In this document: one piece after another, positions 47,369-57,270 of the stretch
Numbering within the stretch: the first letter of the stretch is position 1
Layout of the letters: each line of letters begins with the position of its first letter
Assembly (NCBI GenBank): GCA_963676565.1
Contig: OY781089.1
Location: 96,001-160,000, forward strand
From: Halarcobacter sp.
Lineage (GTDB): Bacteria > Campylobacterota > Campylobacteria > Campylobacterales > Arcobacteraceae
Reading direction: 5' to 3'
Length of the DNA: 64,000 nucleotides
The notes under the pieces: model-generated
Seen by the model: the letters and a program-made list of their open reading frames with translations, nothing else
What the model was told of the DNA's origin: nothing
Databases searched by the model: none
Program-made: the position numbers and the translations under genes

Positions 47369-47681
47369 TATAGAAGTAAGAAAACTACCAAAGAAAACTG
47401 TAATTATTATAGTAATTATGAGTGTAATTTGTTTTTTAGGTTTTCTTTTTATAATGTTTACGAAAAATTTAAAGATGGAAGAGGTTCTACATGGCCTTGG
47501 ACATAAAAACATTTCTGAAGTAAAAGTAATTAATAAATTAAGTGTTGAAGATAAAGAAACAAAAATAAAAAGTACAGTTTACAAAGTTATGTTTATAGAC
47601 AAAGATTTAAATAAAGAGTGCATTGGTTTCGTTCATAGAAGTAACCATGGAAAATATAGTGAAGATATAGACTGTAAATAA
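47352..47681 (+). CDS. Single-TM hypothetical protein
   Basis: In-operon ORF with one TM segment and a C-terminal Cys pair. Confidence 0.7.
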   Translation: MSQQNNIEVRKLPKKTVIIIVIMSVICFLGFLFIMFTKNLKMEEVLHGLGHKNISEVKVINKLSVEDKETKIKSTVYKVMFIDKDLNKECIGFVHRSNHGKYSEDIDCK

Positions 47682-47693
47682 AAAGAGAAATTT

Positions 47694-48755
47694 ATGAGTA
47701 TTTTAGAAAAATTAGAGAATAAAGAAAGATTATCATATGAAGAAGCGATAAAGCTTTATGATTTGGAACTTTTTGAATTGGCAGAAATTGCAAATGAGAT
47801 TAGATTAGATAAGCATGGCAAAAAAACATATTTTAATATCAATAGACATATAAACCCAACAAATATTTGTAAAGATGTATGTCAATTTTGTGCTTATAGT
47901 GCAAGTAGAAAAAACCCAAATCCATATACAATGAGCCATGAACAAATTTTAGATATTGTAGAGAATTCAAAGAAAAATGATATAAAAGAGGTTCATATAG
48001 TTTCAGCCCATAATCCAGATACTGGATTAGAGTGGTATTTAGATGTATTTAGAAAAATCAAAGAGAAGTTCCCTGATATTCATGTAAAAGCGTTAACAGC
48101 TGCTGAAATACACTTCTTAGCCCAAGAATATAATTTAACATATGAACAAATTATTGAAAAAATGATTGAAAGTGGTGTTGATTCAATGCCAGGTGGTGGA
48201 GCAGAAATCTTTGATGAAAAGGTTAGAAAAAGAATTTGTGGAGGGAAAGTAACTTCACAGCAATGGCTTGATATTCATAAACTTTGGCATAAAACTGGTC
48301 ACCAAAGTAATGCAACTATGCTTTTTGGACATGTTGAAAGTAGAGAACATAGAATTGACCATATGTTAAGATTAAGAGATTTACAAGATGAAACAGGAGG
48401 ATTTAATGCTTTTATTCCACTTGTTTATCAAAAAGAGAATAACTATTTAAAAGTAAAAGATTTTTTAACTGGTCAAGAGATTTTAAAAACTATGGCTATT
48501 GCGAGAATTTTACTTGATAATATTCCACATATTAAAGCTTATTGGGTAACCTCAACAATAAAACTTGCTTTACTAGCTCAAGAGTTTGGAGCAAATGATT
48601 TAGATGGTACTATTGAAAGGGAATCAATTCAAAGTGCAGCAGGCGCAGCTAGTAAGCATGGAATGCCTCTTAATTCTTTTGTTGATTTAATCAAAAACTC
48701 TGGATTTACACCAGTTGAAAGAGACTCAATTTATAATGAAGTAAAAGCTTGGTAA
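47694..48755 (+). CDS. mqnE: Aminofutalosine synthase (radical SAM, futalosine pathway)
   Basis: NRHINPTNICKDVCQFCAY, MPGGGAEIF, HIKAYW and FGANDLDGT. Confidence 0.9.
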   Translation: MSILEKLENKERLSYEEAIKLYDLELFELAEIANEIRLDKHGKKTYFNINRHINPTNICKDVCQFCAYSASRKNPNPYTMSHEQILDIVENSKKNDIKEVHIVSAHNPDTGLEWYLDVFRKIKEKFPDIHVKALTAAEIHFLAQEYNLTYEQIIEKMIESGVDSMPGGGAEIFDEKVRKRICGGKVTSQQWLDIHKLWHKTGHQSNATMLFGHVESREHRIDHMLRLRDLQDETGGFNAFIPLVYQKENNYLKVKDFLTGQEILKTMAIARILLDNIPHIKAYWVTSTIKLALLAQEFGANDLDGTIERESIQSAAGAASKHGMPLNSFVDLIKNSGFTPVERDSIYNEVKAW

Positions 48756-48770
48756 CCAAAGCTTTTACTT
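48739..48770. terminator. Hairpin spanning convergent stops
   Basis: AAGTAAAAGCTT-N8-AAGCTTTTACTT. Confidence 0.6.
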
Positions 48771-50045
48771 GAAAAGACCACCTTTTTTTATTTTTAAATC
48801 GCCATTTTCTTTTTGTAAATTTGTAACTAAATCTCTAAGTTCATTTATTCTTTTTTGATTTTCAATCTCTTTTTCTATTAGACTTGAAACCTCACCCTCT
48901 TTTGAATCATACATTGCTTGCATAGATTTTAAATCATTTTCTAATTTTAAGTTTCTAGTTTTTAAAGCATTTAAAGATTTATACATATCATCAAATTGTT
49001 TTGATTTATCTTGTTTTGCCATGATATCCATTTTATTGTGTTGTAAATTACTACTTTCATATGCTTCCAACTGCTTTAATAATGATTTTCTTTTATCTTC
49101 CGAAACTCTTGCTTTTTCCTCTAAAACACTAAAAGTTTTTTGAGTTTCAAGTAATCTTTTATCAAGATTTTCTTTATCAGTTTTTAATTTTCCAATTGTT
49201 TTTTTATATTCAGTTAACTGCTCAATAAATCTTTTAAAATTTTTTCGTTTCTCTTGTTCCTCTTCAGTTACTAAAAATCTAACTGCCATATACTCAACAA
49301 TATTTTCTCTATTTATATCAAAAATTGGAAAAATTTTAGTGTTTACAAAATATGTTGTTCCATCTTTTGTTATGTTTTTATGGGTACCATTCCATATTTT
49401 ACCCTCTTTTATAGTAGACCACATATCTTCAAAAAAAGACTTATTTACATCAGGATGACGAACAATATTGTGGGGTGAACCTATTAACTCTTCCCTTGTA
49501 TATCCCGAAACTTCACAAAAACCATCATTTACAAAGGTAATTTTACCTTTTAAATCTGTTTTTGAAACCAATGCTTCTTGATTTATAATCTCTAAGTAGT
49601 TATCTAATTCTGATTTTTGAGCTTCAATTTTTTTCTCTAAATTTAAATTGTTACAAATTTTATCTAGTTTTTTTGTTATCTCTTCTAGGTCAATAGGTTT
49701 TAAAATATATTCAGTAACCTGTAAAGAGATAGCCTTTATAAGATTTTCACTTTCATTTCTTGCAGTAATAAAAGCACAAGGGATTTCACTATCAAACTCT
49801 CTTATTTTTTCAAGCATCTCAAGTCCATCCATTTTTGGCATATTGATATCACTTAAAATCAAATCAAATTTTTTTCCACTATTAAATGCCTCTTGAAATT
49901 TTAAAAAACCATCAAGTCCATTTTCACATAGTTCAACCTCTTCAAATCTACGTCTAAGAAATTTTCCTAATTTTTGCCTAGCTAAATCTTCATCTTCAAC
50001 AAATAAAACTTTTAATTTTTCTTTTTCTAATTTAACTTCTTCCAT
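48765..50045 (-). CDS. REC-PAS-coiled-coil response regulator
   Basis: FVEDE and SDINMP receiver, Aer-like PAS (SPHNIVRHPD) and a long heptad-rich tail. Confidence 0.82.
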   Translation of the reverse strand: MEEVKLEKEKLKVLFVEDEDLARQKLGKFLRRRFEEVELCENGLDGFLKFQEAFNSGKKFDLILSDINMPKMDGLEMLEKIREFDSEIPCAFITARNESENLIKAISLQVTEYILKPIDLEEITKKLDKICNNLNLEKKIEAQKSELDNYLEIINQEALVSKTDLKGKITFVNDGFCEVSGYTREELIGSPHNIVRHPDVNKSFFEDMWSTIKEGKIWNGTHKNITKDGTTYFVNTKIFPIFDINRENIVEYMAVRFLVTEEEQEKRKNFKRFIEQLTEYKKTIGKLKTDKENLDKRLLETQKTFSVLEEKARVSEDKRKSLLKQLEAYESSNLQHNKMDIMAKQDKSKQFDDMYKSLNALKTRNLKLENDLKSMQAMYDSKEGEVSSLIEKEIENQKRINELRDLVTNLQKENGDLKIKKGGLFK

Positions 50046-50772
50046 CTTTCATCCTTAGCTTATATCCAAAGCCATACATATTTTCAATATTTAAATCTTG
50101 TATTTTAACCCTTAATCTTGAAATAAGATTTTTCAAATTTGCTACTGCAGACTCTAAATCTTTTATATCATCCCAAATAGAGTTAATAATATCATCTGTA
50201 TTTACTACCCTATTGATATTCTTACACAAAATATCAATTAGTAACAACTCTTTTTTTGTCAATTTAATTGTATTGTTATCTTTGTATAAAATTTTATCTT
50301 GAATATCCCATTCATAATCATTTTCTAATAGTATAGAGTTTTTCTCCCCTATTAAAAAACTTTTTTTATAACTCTTATTCAAAGTTTTTTCAATACTATG
50401 AAGTAAAGGCTCCACATCAATTGGTTTTAAAATATAATCATTGATATCAAGTTTTACCACATCTAATAACTGTTTAACATCAAGTTGAGCTGTTAAAAAA
50501 ATAAAAGGTAAAAGTTCATCAATATGTCTTACATTTTTTAGTAAATCAACACCATCCATTATTGGCATATTAATATCACTAATAACTAAATCAAAAGATT
50601 TACCCCTTAAATAGAAATCTCTAATTATCATCAAGGCATCATCTCCATTTTTTGCCACAATAATATTATTATAAATTCTATTTAATATCTTTAACAACTT
50701 AACTTGAGTGTCATATTCATCTTCTACAAGAAGTATTCTTGCATTTTTTTTGTAATTTACTATATTTTCCAT
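50032..50772 (-). CDS. OmpR-family response regulator
   Basis: LVEDE and SDINMP receiver; winged helix LTKKE...ISRLR...GFGY. Confidence 0.88.
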   Translation of the reverse strand: MENIVNYKKNARILLVEDEYDTQVKLLKILNRIYNNIIVAKNGDDALMIIRDFYLRGKSFDLVISDINMPIMDGVDLLKNVRHIDELLPFIFLTAQLDVKQLLDVVKLDINDYILKPIDVEPLLHSIEKTLNKSYKKSFLIGEKNSILLENDYEWDIQDKILYKDNNTIKLTKKELLLIDILCKNINRVVNTDDIINSIWDDIKDLESAVANLKNLISRLRVKIQDLNIENMYGFGYKLRMKDGRS

Positions 50773-50815
50773 AACTTAATTCTATTAATAAATCGTACTA
50801 TAATGGTATCATAAA

Positions 50816-51499
50816 TTAGTAAATTTTATAATCATTAATTATATATCCTTGATTTGATATATTTTTAATTATTTCATAATATGATTTTTCTCTAATTTTA
50901 TTAACTACATTTCGCATACTGAAAATTGAACATTTTTTCCCATCCCAAACACTTTCTATTATTTTTTCATATGGAACTATTCTATTTTTATTTTCAAGCA
51001 ACACTTTTACAAAACTAGTTTCTAGGCTTGTTAAATTAACTTCTCTATCTTTGAAATAAAATCTATTTTTTCTCATACAAAAAGAGTAATCATGATTAAA
51101 ATAAACTCTGCTATTTTTTTTCATTGTTATTGCAATGTATATATCAATATAATCTAATTGTTCGTTTTTTAAAAGAATATTATTTAAAGGAACATTTTCA
51201 ATATATTCTAATATTGAAAGCTCTAAAGTAGAAGAGATATAAATAATTGGTAGATTAAAATTTTTTAGTTTATCATTAAATAATGAATTATCAAGATAGT
51301 GAACATCAAAATAATCAATATCAATAATAATCATATCGTATAATGAAAAATCTGACTTATAAATAAAATCATTTACATAAAAACTTTTTACTAATGGTGT
51401 AAGCTTTTCATTTATTCTATTTGTTACATTTGCATCTTTTGTCAAGAGAAGTACTCTCTTTGTATTTAGAAAGTTAACATTATAAATCTTCTTAGTCAT
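50816..51499 (-). CDS. Winged-helix regulator with degenerate receiver domain
   Basis: C-terminal LTSLE..VVNKIREK..QGY. The N-terminus lacks the canonical acidic pocket and KP motif. Confidence 0.75.
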   Translation of the reverse strand: MTKKIYNVNFLNTKRVLLLTKDANVTNRINEKLTPLVKSFYVNDFIYKSDFSLYDMIIIDIDYFDVHYLDNSLFNDKLKNFNLPIIYISSTLELSILEYIENVPLNNILLKNEQLDYIDIYIAITMKKNSRVYFNHDYSFCMRKNRFYFKDREVNLTSLETSFVKVLLENKNRIVPYEKIIESVWDGKKCSIFSMRNVVNKIREKSYYEIIKNISNQGYIINDYKIY

Positions 51500-51673
51500 C
51501 TAAAACTCCTAATTATTTTAAATTATTATAACAATTAAGAATATTTAAATAATATCTTTTGATATCATAAAATGATACTTTTTTAGTACTTTTATAAATT
51601 AAATCAACTCAAAAATATAATGATACGATTGGAATACTCTTTTATTCTATAATTGCATTATAAGGAGTACAAG

Positions 51674-53470
51674 GTGATTAAAAATAATTATCTAAAAAGT
51701 TTAAATATATTATATGTAGAAGATGAGCCCACAACCGCAAAAAAATTTTCATCTATTTTAAAAAAAATATTTAATGAGGTTTTTTATGCTCCAAATGGGA
51801 AAGAAGCCCTTGATATTTTTTACAGTAACAATATTAATATAATCATTAGTGATATCAATATGCCAATTTTAAATGGTTTAGAATTAGCAAAAGAGATTCG
51901 AAAAACTGATATAAACATCCCTATTGTATTAATCTCTGCAAGAAATGAAAGTGATACACTATTACGAGCAATTGATTTAAATATAGATAGTTACATTTTA
52001 AAACCAATTACTCTAGATGGTTTCATAGAAAAAATTAACTCAATAAGTGAAAAAATTGAAGCAAAAGAGAATCAAAAAATATTAGACCAATATAAGCAAG
52101 TTATAGAGGATGCTTCAATTGTAGTTAAATTTGATTTAGATGGAAAAATTACATATATAAATAAACAATACTCAAAAGTATCTGGCTTCAATTTTGATGA
52201 AGTTAGCGAAAAATATTTTAATTTTAATCAACATAATGAGGAAAAATCAAGCATTTATTTAGAACTTTGGGAGAAGTTAAGAAAAAAACAACAATGGAAA
52301 GGTAGACTAAGAAACTACACAAAAGATAAAAATGAATACTTTATTGACTCTATTATTATCCCTATAATAGATATTAATAACAATATAAAAGAGTATATCT
52401 CAATCTCAAATGATGTTACTGACCAAATTTCACTGAACAATCTTTTAGATATTGAAATAAAAAGTTACCAAGACAATCTTACAAATAAAAGTCATTTATT
52501 AACTGAGTATCAAAGGGGATTAAATGAAATAACCTCAATTGCAAAAATCGATAAAGATTTTAATATTATTACTATAAACACAAAGTTTTTAAAAATTTTA
52601 GAATTAAAAAGGAAAGATTTAATAAATAAAAACCTTTTTAGCTTTATTAACACAAAAGAGAATAATTGTTTTGAACTTTTAGAAAACTTAGAAAATAAAA
52701 AAGCTTCTGAACAAATGATTATCTTTAATACTAAAAAAGAGAAAAAATTTATTGATATAAATATTTCACCAGTTTTAGACTCTAATAGAAATATTATTGA
52801 ATACTTAGTTGTGGCAAATGATTTAACCCATAGTATTAACCTACAACATGAGATTGAACTAACCCAAAAAGATGTTATTTTAACTTTAGGTGAAATAGCT
52901 GAACAAAGATGTAATGAAACAGGAAATCATGTAAAAAGGGTTTCAAAATATTCATATCTCTTAGCAAAAAAATTAGGACTTAGTGAAGAAGAAGCAAACT
53001 TAATACAGTTAGCAGCACCAATGCATGACATAGGTAAGATTGGTATTCCAGATTCTATCTTACATAAAAAAGGGAAACTTACTAAAGAGGAATTTGCAAT
53101 TATAAAAACCCATACAACAATTGGTTTTGATATGTTAAAAAACTCCCAAAGAAAGATTATGAAAGCAGCTGCAATTATTTCCCATGAGCATCATGAAAAA
53201 TGGAATGGGAGTGGATATCCAAGGGGATTAGCAGGAGAAGAGATACATATTTATGGAAGGATATTATCTGTTGTTGATACTTTCGATGCTTTAGGAAGCC
53301 AAAGATGTTATAAAGAAGCTTGGGGATTAGATGCTATATTAAATTATTTTAAAGAAAAAGCAAATAAAGACTTTGATCCTAAATTAGTTGATATCTTATT
53401 AAACAATATAGATGAATTTCTAAAAATAAAAGAAGAGTTTACTTCTGAAGTTGAAGGAGAAGTGGCATGA
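51674..53470 (+). CDS. REC-PAS-PAS-HD-GYP c-di-GMP phosphodiesterase
   Basis: ETGNHVKRV, MHDIGKIG and HHEKWNGSGYP. GTG start after AAGGAG. Confidence 0.9.
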   Translation: MIKNNYLKSLNILYVEDEPTTAKKFSSILKKIFNEVFYAPNGKEALDIFYSNNINIIISDINMPILNGLELAKEIRKTDINIPIVLISARNESDTLLRAIDLNIDSYILKPITLDGFIEKINSISEKIEAKENQKILDQYKQVIEDASIVVKFDLDGKITYINKQYSKVSGFNFDEVSEKYFNFNQHNEEKSSIYLELWEKLRKKQQWKGRLRNYTKDKNEYFIDSIIIPIIDINNNIKEYISISNDVTDQISLNNLLDIEIKSYQDNLTNKSHLLTEYQRGLNEITSIAKIDKDFNIITINTKFLKILELKRKDLINKNLFSFINTKENNCFELLENLENKKASEQMIIFNTKKEKKFIDINISPVLDSNRNIIEYLVVANDLTHSINLQHEIELTQKDVILTLGEIAEQRCNETGNHVKRVSKYSYLLAKKLGLSEEEANLIQLAAPMHDIGKIGIPDSILHKKGKLTKEEFAIIKTHTTIGFDMLKNSQRKIMKAAAIISHEHHEKWNGSGYPRGLAGEEIHIYGRILSVVDTFDALGSQRCYKEAWGLDAILNYFKEKANKDFDPKLVDILLNNIDEFLKIKEEFTSEVEGEVA

Positions 53471-54591
53471 AGAATATAAAATTATATAAAAACCTAGAAG
53501 AGTTTATTTCAAATAATCAAAATTCTAAAAAAGAGTACTATCTTTTAGTAGCTGAAAATTGTGACTTTGATTATAAAAAATTAAAAACATCAGCTATCAA
53601 ATTCCATGGGGCAATTGTTACTCAAGTAATCTATAATGACTCAAACTATGATAATGCGTTAATTGCTTGTGAGCTTGAAGATGAAAGAATCAATTTAATT
53701 GAAGATTTAGAAAATCCTATTTTAATAGAAAATGATTATAAAGATGCTAGTTCCCTATTAGTTTTATTAGATGGATTAAGTGCAAATATAACTGCTTTTT
53801 TAGATTCACTATTTAATATTTTACCTTTAAATATTGAAATTTTAGGTGGAGGGGCTGGAAAGTTAACACTAAAACAAGAACCAGTAATATTTAACAATAA
53901 TGGTATTTATCAAAATGCTGCTTTAACTGTTATCACAAAATCAAAACTTTTTATTGGTGTTGAAAATGGTTGGGAGTTTTTAGAAGGTCCTTTTATGGTA
54001 ACTTCATCAAATAAAAATATTTTAAAATCTCTTAATTTCATGGATGCCTTTGAAATTTATAAAAGTGTTGTTGAAAAAGACTCTGGACTTAAATTTAATA
54101 ATGCCTTTGAAACATATAAAAATGTTGTTGAAAAAGAATCAGGGAAACAAATAACAGAGGATAATTTCTTTGATATAGCAAAATCTTATCCCCTTGGAAT
54201 TGTAAAATTTAATAAAGAGATTATTGTACGAGATCCTATTGCAAAGGATGAAAAGGGGAATATGATATTAGTTGGTGATTTAGAACAAAATTCAACTATC
54301 AATATTTTAAAAGGGAATAAAAAATCTTTAATCAAATCATCAAATAATGCAATCAAAAATGCCCTTGAATCAAACAATGAAAAATTAAAGATAAAAAATG
54401 TAGTCTTATTTGATTGTATCTCAAGGTGTATTTTTTTAGAAGATGATTTTACAAAAGAACTTGATGGAATTAAAAAACAAGTTGATAATGAAACATTATT
54501 TGGAGCTTTAACTTTAGGTGAGATTGCAAATAATGGAAATGAATATATTAACTTCTATAATAAAACTTGTGTAGTAGGTGTCTTATGCTAG
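53467..54591 (+). CDS. Stand-alone FIST (NosP-like) sensory protein
   Basis: GGGAG, GWEFL, YPLG, FDCISR, GALTLGEIA and FYNKT motifs. Confidence 0.85.
   Translation: MKNIKLYKNLEEFISNNQNSKKEYYLLVAENCDFDYKKLKTSAIKFHGAIVTQVIYNDSNYDNALIACELEDERINLIEDLENPILIENDYKDASSLLVLLDGLSANITAFLDSLFNILPLNIEILGGGAGKLTLKQEPVIFNNNGIYQNAALTVITKSKLFIGVENGWEFLEGPFMVTSSNKNILKSLNFMDAFEIYKSVVEKDSGLKFNNAFETYKNVVEKESGKQITEDNFFDIAKSYPLGIVKFNKEIIVRDPIAKDEKGNMILVGDLEQNSTINILKGNKKSLIKSSNNAIKNALESNNEKLKIKNVVLFDCISRCIFLEDDFTKELDGIKKQVDNETLFGALTLGEIANNGNEYINFYNKTCVVGVLC
54044..54157 (+). repeat. Diverged 57-bp in-frame tandem duplication inside the FIST gene
   Basis: atgcctttgaaa..tataaaa.tgttgttgaaaaaga occurs at 54044 and 54101. 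Confidence 0.85.
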
Positions 54592-56144
54592 TACAAAATC
54601 TCGCCATAACATATAAATGTTATAGTTCCATTGGAAACTCTTTAGATTTAAAAGAGATGATGGATCAAACGTTAAAAACCTTTGTTAGTGAAACTTATGC
54701 TATCTTTGCTCAATATTGTATTAAAAATGAAGAAGGGTTTTTAGTAAAACTCTCTACTTTTGGTAAAATTGATAATTTTAATCCAAATGATTATTCCCAC
54801 TATGAAGATGACATTAAACTTGTTGTTGAAGAGGATAGAAAAGTACTTATAATAAAACTTGATTTTGGTTCTATATATTTAATCACTAAAAATATGGAAG
54901 CACAATGTTCATTTTTTATCTCAATGTTTGAAAGTTTTTTACAAAAACTAAATATGAGTGTGCATGCTTGTTTAAATGTTCAAAAAATGCAAAAGGCAAA
55001 TAAACTTTTAAAAGAACAAAAAAAGGCATTAAGAGAAGCAAGTAAAGCAAAAGATGACTTTATGGCAAATATGAGTCATGAGTTAAAAACTCCACTAAAC
55101 TCAATCAATGTTATCTCATCAGTTATGAAAAAGAATAAAGATGGTTCATTAAACGAAAAACAAATTAAAAATCTAGAGATTATAAATAGTTGTGGAAATT
55201 ATCTTTTAACTTTAATAAATGATGTTCTTGATATTTCTAAACTTGAAGCAGGAAGAATAAATACAAGCTATTCAAAGGTTTATTTAAAACAAACACTAAC
55301 TGAAGTTTATGAGATGTTTTTACCACAAGTAAAAGAAAAAGGTGTAAAACTATTTTTTAATTTTGAAGATACAATTAATCATATTTATAGTGATGACCAT
55401 AAAATCAAGCAAATAGTAAAAAATCTTTTGAGTAATGCATTGAAATTTGTTGGCGATGGTTCAATTTATCTAGATGTAAAAGATGAAGATAATTATGTAA
55501 CAATTAGTATAAAAGATGAAGGAATTGGAATCCCTAAAGAGAAACTTGAAAATATTTTTGACAGATTTAAACAAGCAGATGCTACAACAACTAGAAAATA
55601 TGGTGGTACTGGTTTAGGATTAGCAATATGTAAAGAGTTACTTGATTTATTAAAAGGAACTATATATGTAAAAAGTGAAGTTGATATTGGGACAACTTTT
55701 TATGTAACTATTCCTAAAAATCTAGATAATTTAGAACATATGGATTTATTAGATTTAAATAATGAAAACAATTTAGATACTCCTAGTATCCCTTTAAATT
55801 TTGAAAATTCAAATGAAGATGAGGAAAAAGAAAAAATTGTTGTTTATAACACAAACCCTTCAGAGTTTTTCAAATTGATAATTGACTTGCAAAAGGATTT
55901 TGAAACAATTCAAGTTTTCAAAAAATATGAACTTCAAAAAGTAGCAAATAATGAGATTAAAAAAATTATTATTGACATAGATACAGTTGATAAAGATGAA
56001 TTAAATGATATTATTTTAGAATATGGTGAGAAACTGATTATTTTAACGGAAGATGAAAACTTACAATATTCAAAAGATATTGAAATAGATGTTGCTTTGA
56101 AAAATGAGATAAATTCTATAAATAAGAAAATAAAAGGAATATAA
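54585..56144 (+). CDS. FIST-associated cytoplasmic histidine kinase
   Basis: SIGNSLDL N-terminus, FMANMSHELKTPL, NLLSNALKF and GGTGLGL. Confidence 0.88.
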   Translation: MLVQNLAITYKCYSSIGNSLDLKEMMDQTLKTFVSETYAIFAQYCIKNEEGFLVKLSTFGKIDNFNPNDYSHYEDDIKLVVEEDRKVLIIKLDFGSIYLITKNMEAQCSFFISMFESFLQKLNMSVHACLNVQKMQKANKLLKEQKKALREASKAKDDFMANMSHELKTPLNSINVISSVMKKNKDGSLNEKQIKNLEIINSCGNYLLTLINDVLDISKLEAGRINTSYSKVYLKQTLTEVYEMFLPQVKEKGVKLFFNFEDTINHIYSDDHKIKQIVKNLLSNALKFVGDGSIYLDVKDEDNYVTISIKDEGIGIPKEKLENIFDRFKQADATTTRKYGGTGLGLAICKELLDLLKGTIYVKSEVDIGTTFYVTIPKNLDNLEHMDLLDLNNENNLDTPSIPLNFENSNEDEEKEKIVVYNTNPSEFFKLIIDLQKDFETIQVFKKYELQKVANNEIKKIIIDIDTVDKDELNDIILEYGEKLIILTEDENLQYSKDIEIDVALKNEINSINKKIKGI

Positions 56145-57259
56145 TGGAAAATAGATTCTCTATACTAATAATTGATGATGTTGAAGAAAACATATATTCA
56201 TTAAAACTTCTTATTGAAGAGTTTGATGTAGATATATATAGTGCCTTGAGTGCGAATGAAGGAATCTCGATTCTAACAAAACACTCTATTGATTTAATCC
56301 TTTGTGATATTCAAATGCCAGAGATTGATGGTTTTCAATTTGCAGAATATCTAAAAGGGATAGAAAGTTTAAAAAACATCCCTATTATCTTTGTTACAGG
56401 TATTTATGACAAAGATTCTTACCAACAAAGGGGTTATGACCTTGGGGCCATTGAATATATTACAAAACCAATTGATGATGTTTTACTAACTTCAAAACTA
56501 AAAGTTTATATTGAGTTATTTAATAAAAATAAAGAAACAAAAGAATCTCTAGAATTAGCAAATAAACTAGTTGTTCATAATACAAAAATGGCAAGTATTG
56601 GGGAGATGATTGGAGTTATTTCTCACCAATTAAAACAACCATTAAATGTACTTTCTTTATATTGTGAAGATATTAAATATTCGTATGATTATGGTGATTT
56701 AGATAAAGAAACAGTTGATGATTTTTCTGTAAATACAAAAAAACAAATTCACCATATGAAAGATACTATTGATGGTTTCCTAGGTTTTTTCAATCCAAAT
56801 AAACCAAAAGAGAATTTTTCAGTAATAGAGTCTTTAAAAGATTCATTAGCACTTATGCATTCCCATTTAGATAAAAATAAAGTACAGCTTCATGAAAAGT
56901 TTGAGGATGATTTTTTATTAAATGGAATTACTATGGAGCTTTCTCAAGTAGTGATGAACTTTATAACAAATTCAATCCAAGCTTTCAATGAAAGAGAAAT
57001 TGAACAAAGAAATATAGAGATTAGATGTTATAGTGAAGATGGTAAAAACTATATAACTTTTACTGATGATGCAGGTGGAATCAAAGAAGATAATCTAGAA
57101 AAAATATTTGACCCATACTTCACAACAAAAAGTGAAGGTAGCGGAATTGGATTATATATGGTAAAACTTGTAATTACAAAAACATTTGGTGGAAAGTTAA
57201 GTCTTGAAAACTTTGAGAAGGGTGTAAGATTTATATTAGAATTTGACAAAGTAGATTAA
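56144..57259 (+). CDS. REC-histidine kinase hybrid
   Basis: IIDD and CDIQMP receiver; SHQLKQPL, FDPYFTTK and GSGIGL. Confidence 0.88.
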   Translation: MENRFSILIIDDVEENIYSLKLLIEEFDVDIYSALSANEGISILTKHSIDLILCDIQMPEIDGFQFAEYLKGIESLKNIPIIFVTGIYDKDSYQQRGYDLGAIEYITKPIDDVLLTSKLKVYIELFNKNKETKESLELANKLVVHNTKMASIGEMIGVISHQLKQPLNVLSLYCEDIKYSYDYGDLDKETVDDFSVNTKKQIHHMKDTIDGFLGFFNPNKPKENFSVIESLKDSLALMHSHLDKNKVQLHEKFEDDFLLNGITMELSQVVMNFITNSIQAFNEREIEQRNIEIRCYSEDGKNYITFTDDAGGIKEDNLEKIFDPYFTTKSEGSGIGLYMVKLVITKTFGGKLSLENFEKGVRFILEFDKVD

Positions 57260-57270
57260 TTTCTACTTTG
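57247..57270. terminator. Hairpin at convergent stops
   Basis: CAAAGTAGA-N6-TCTACTTTG. Confidence 0.5.
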
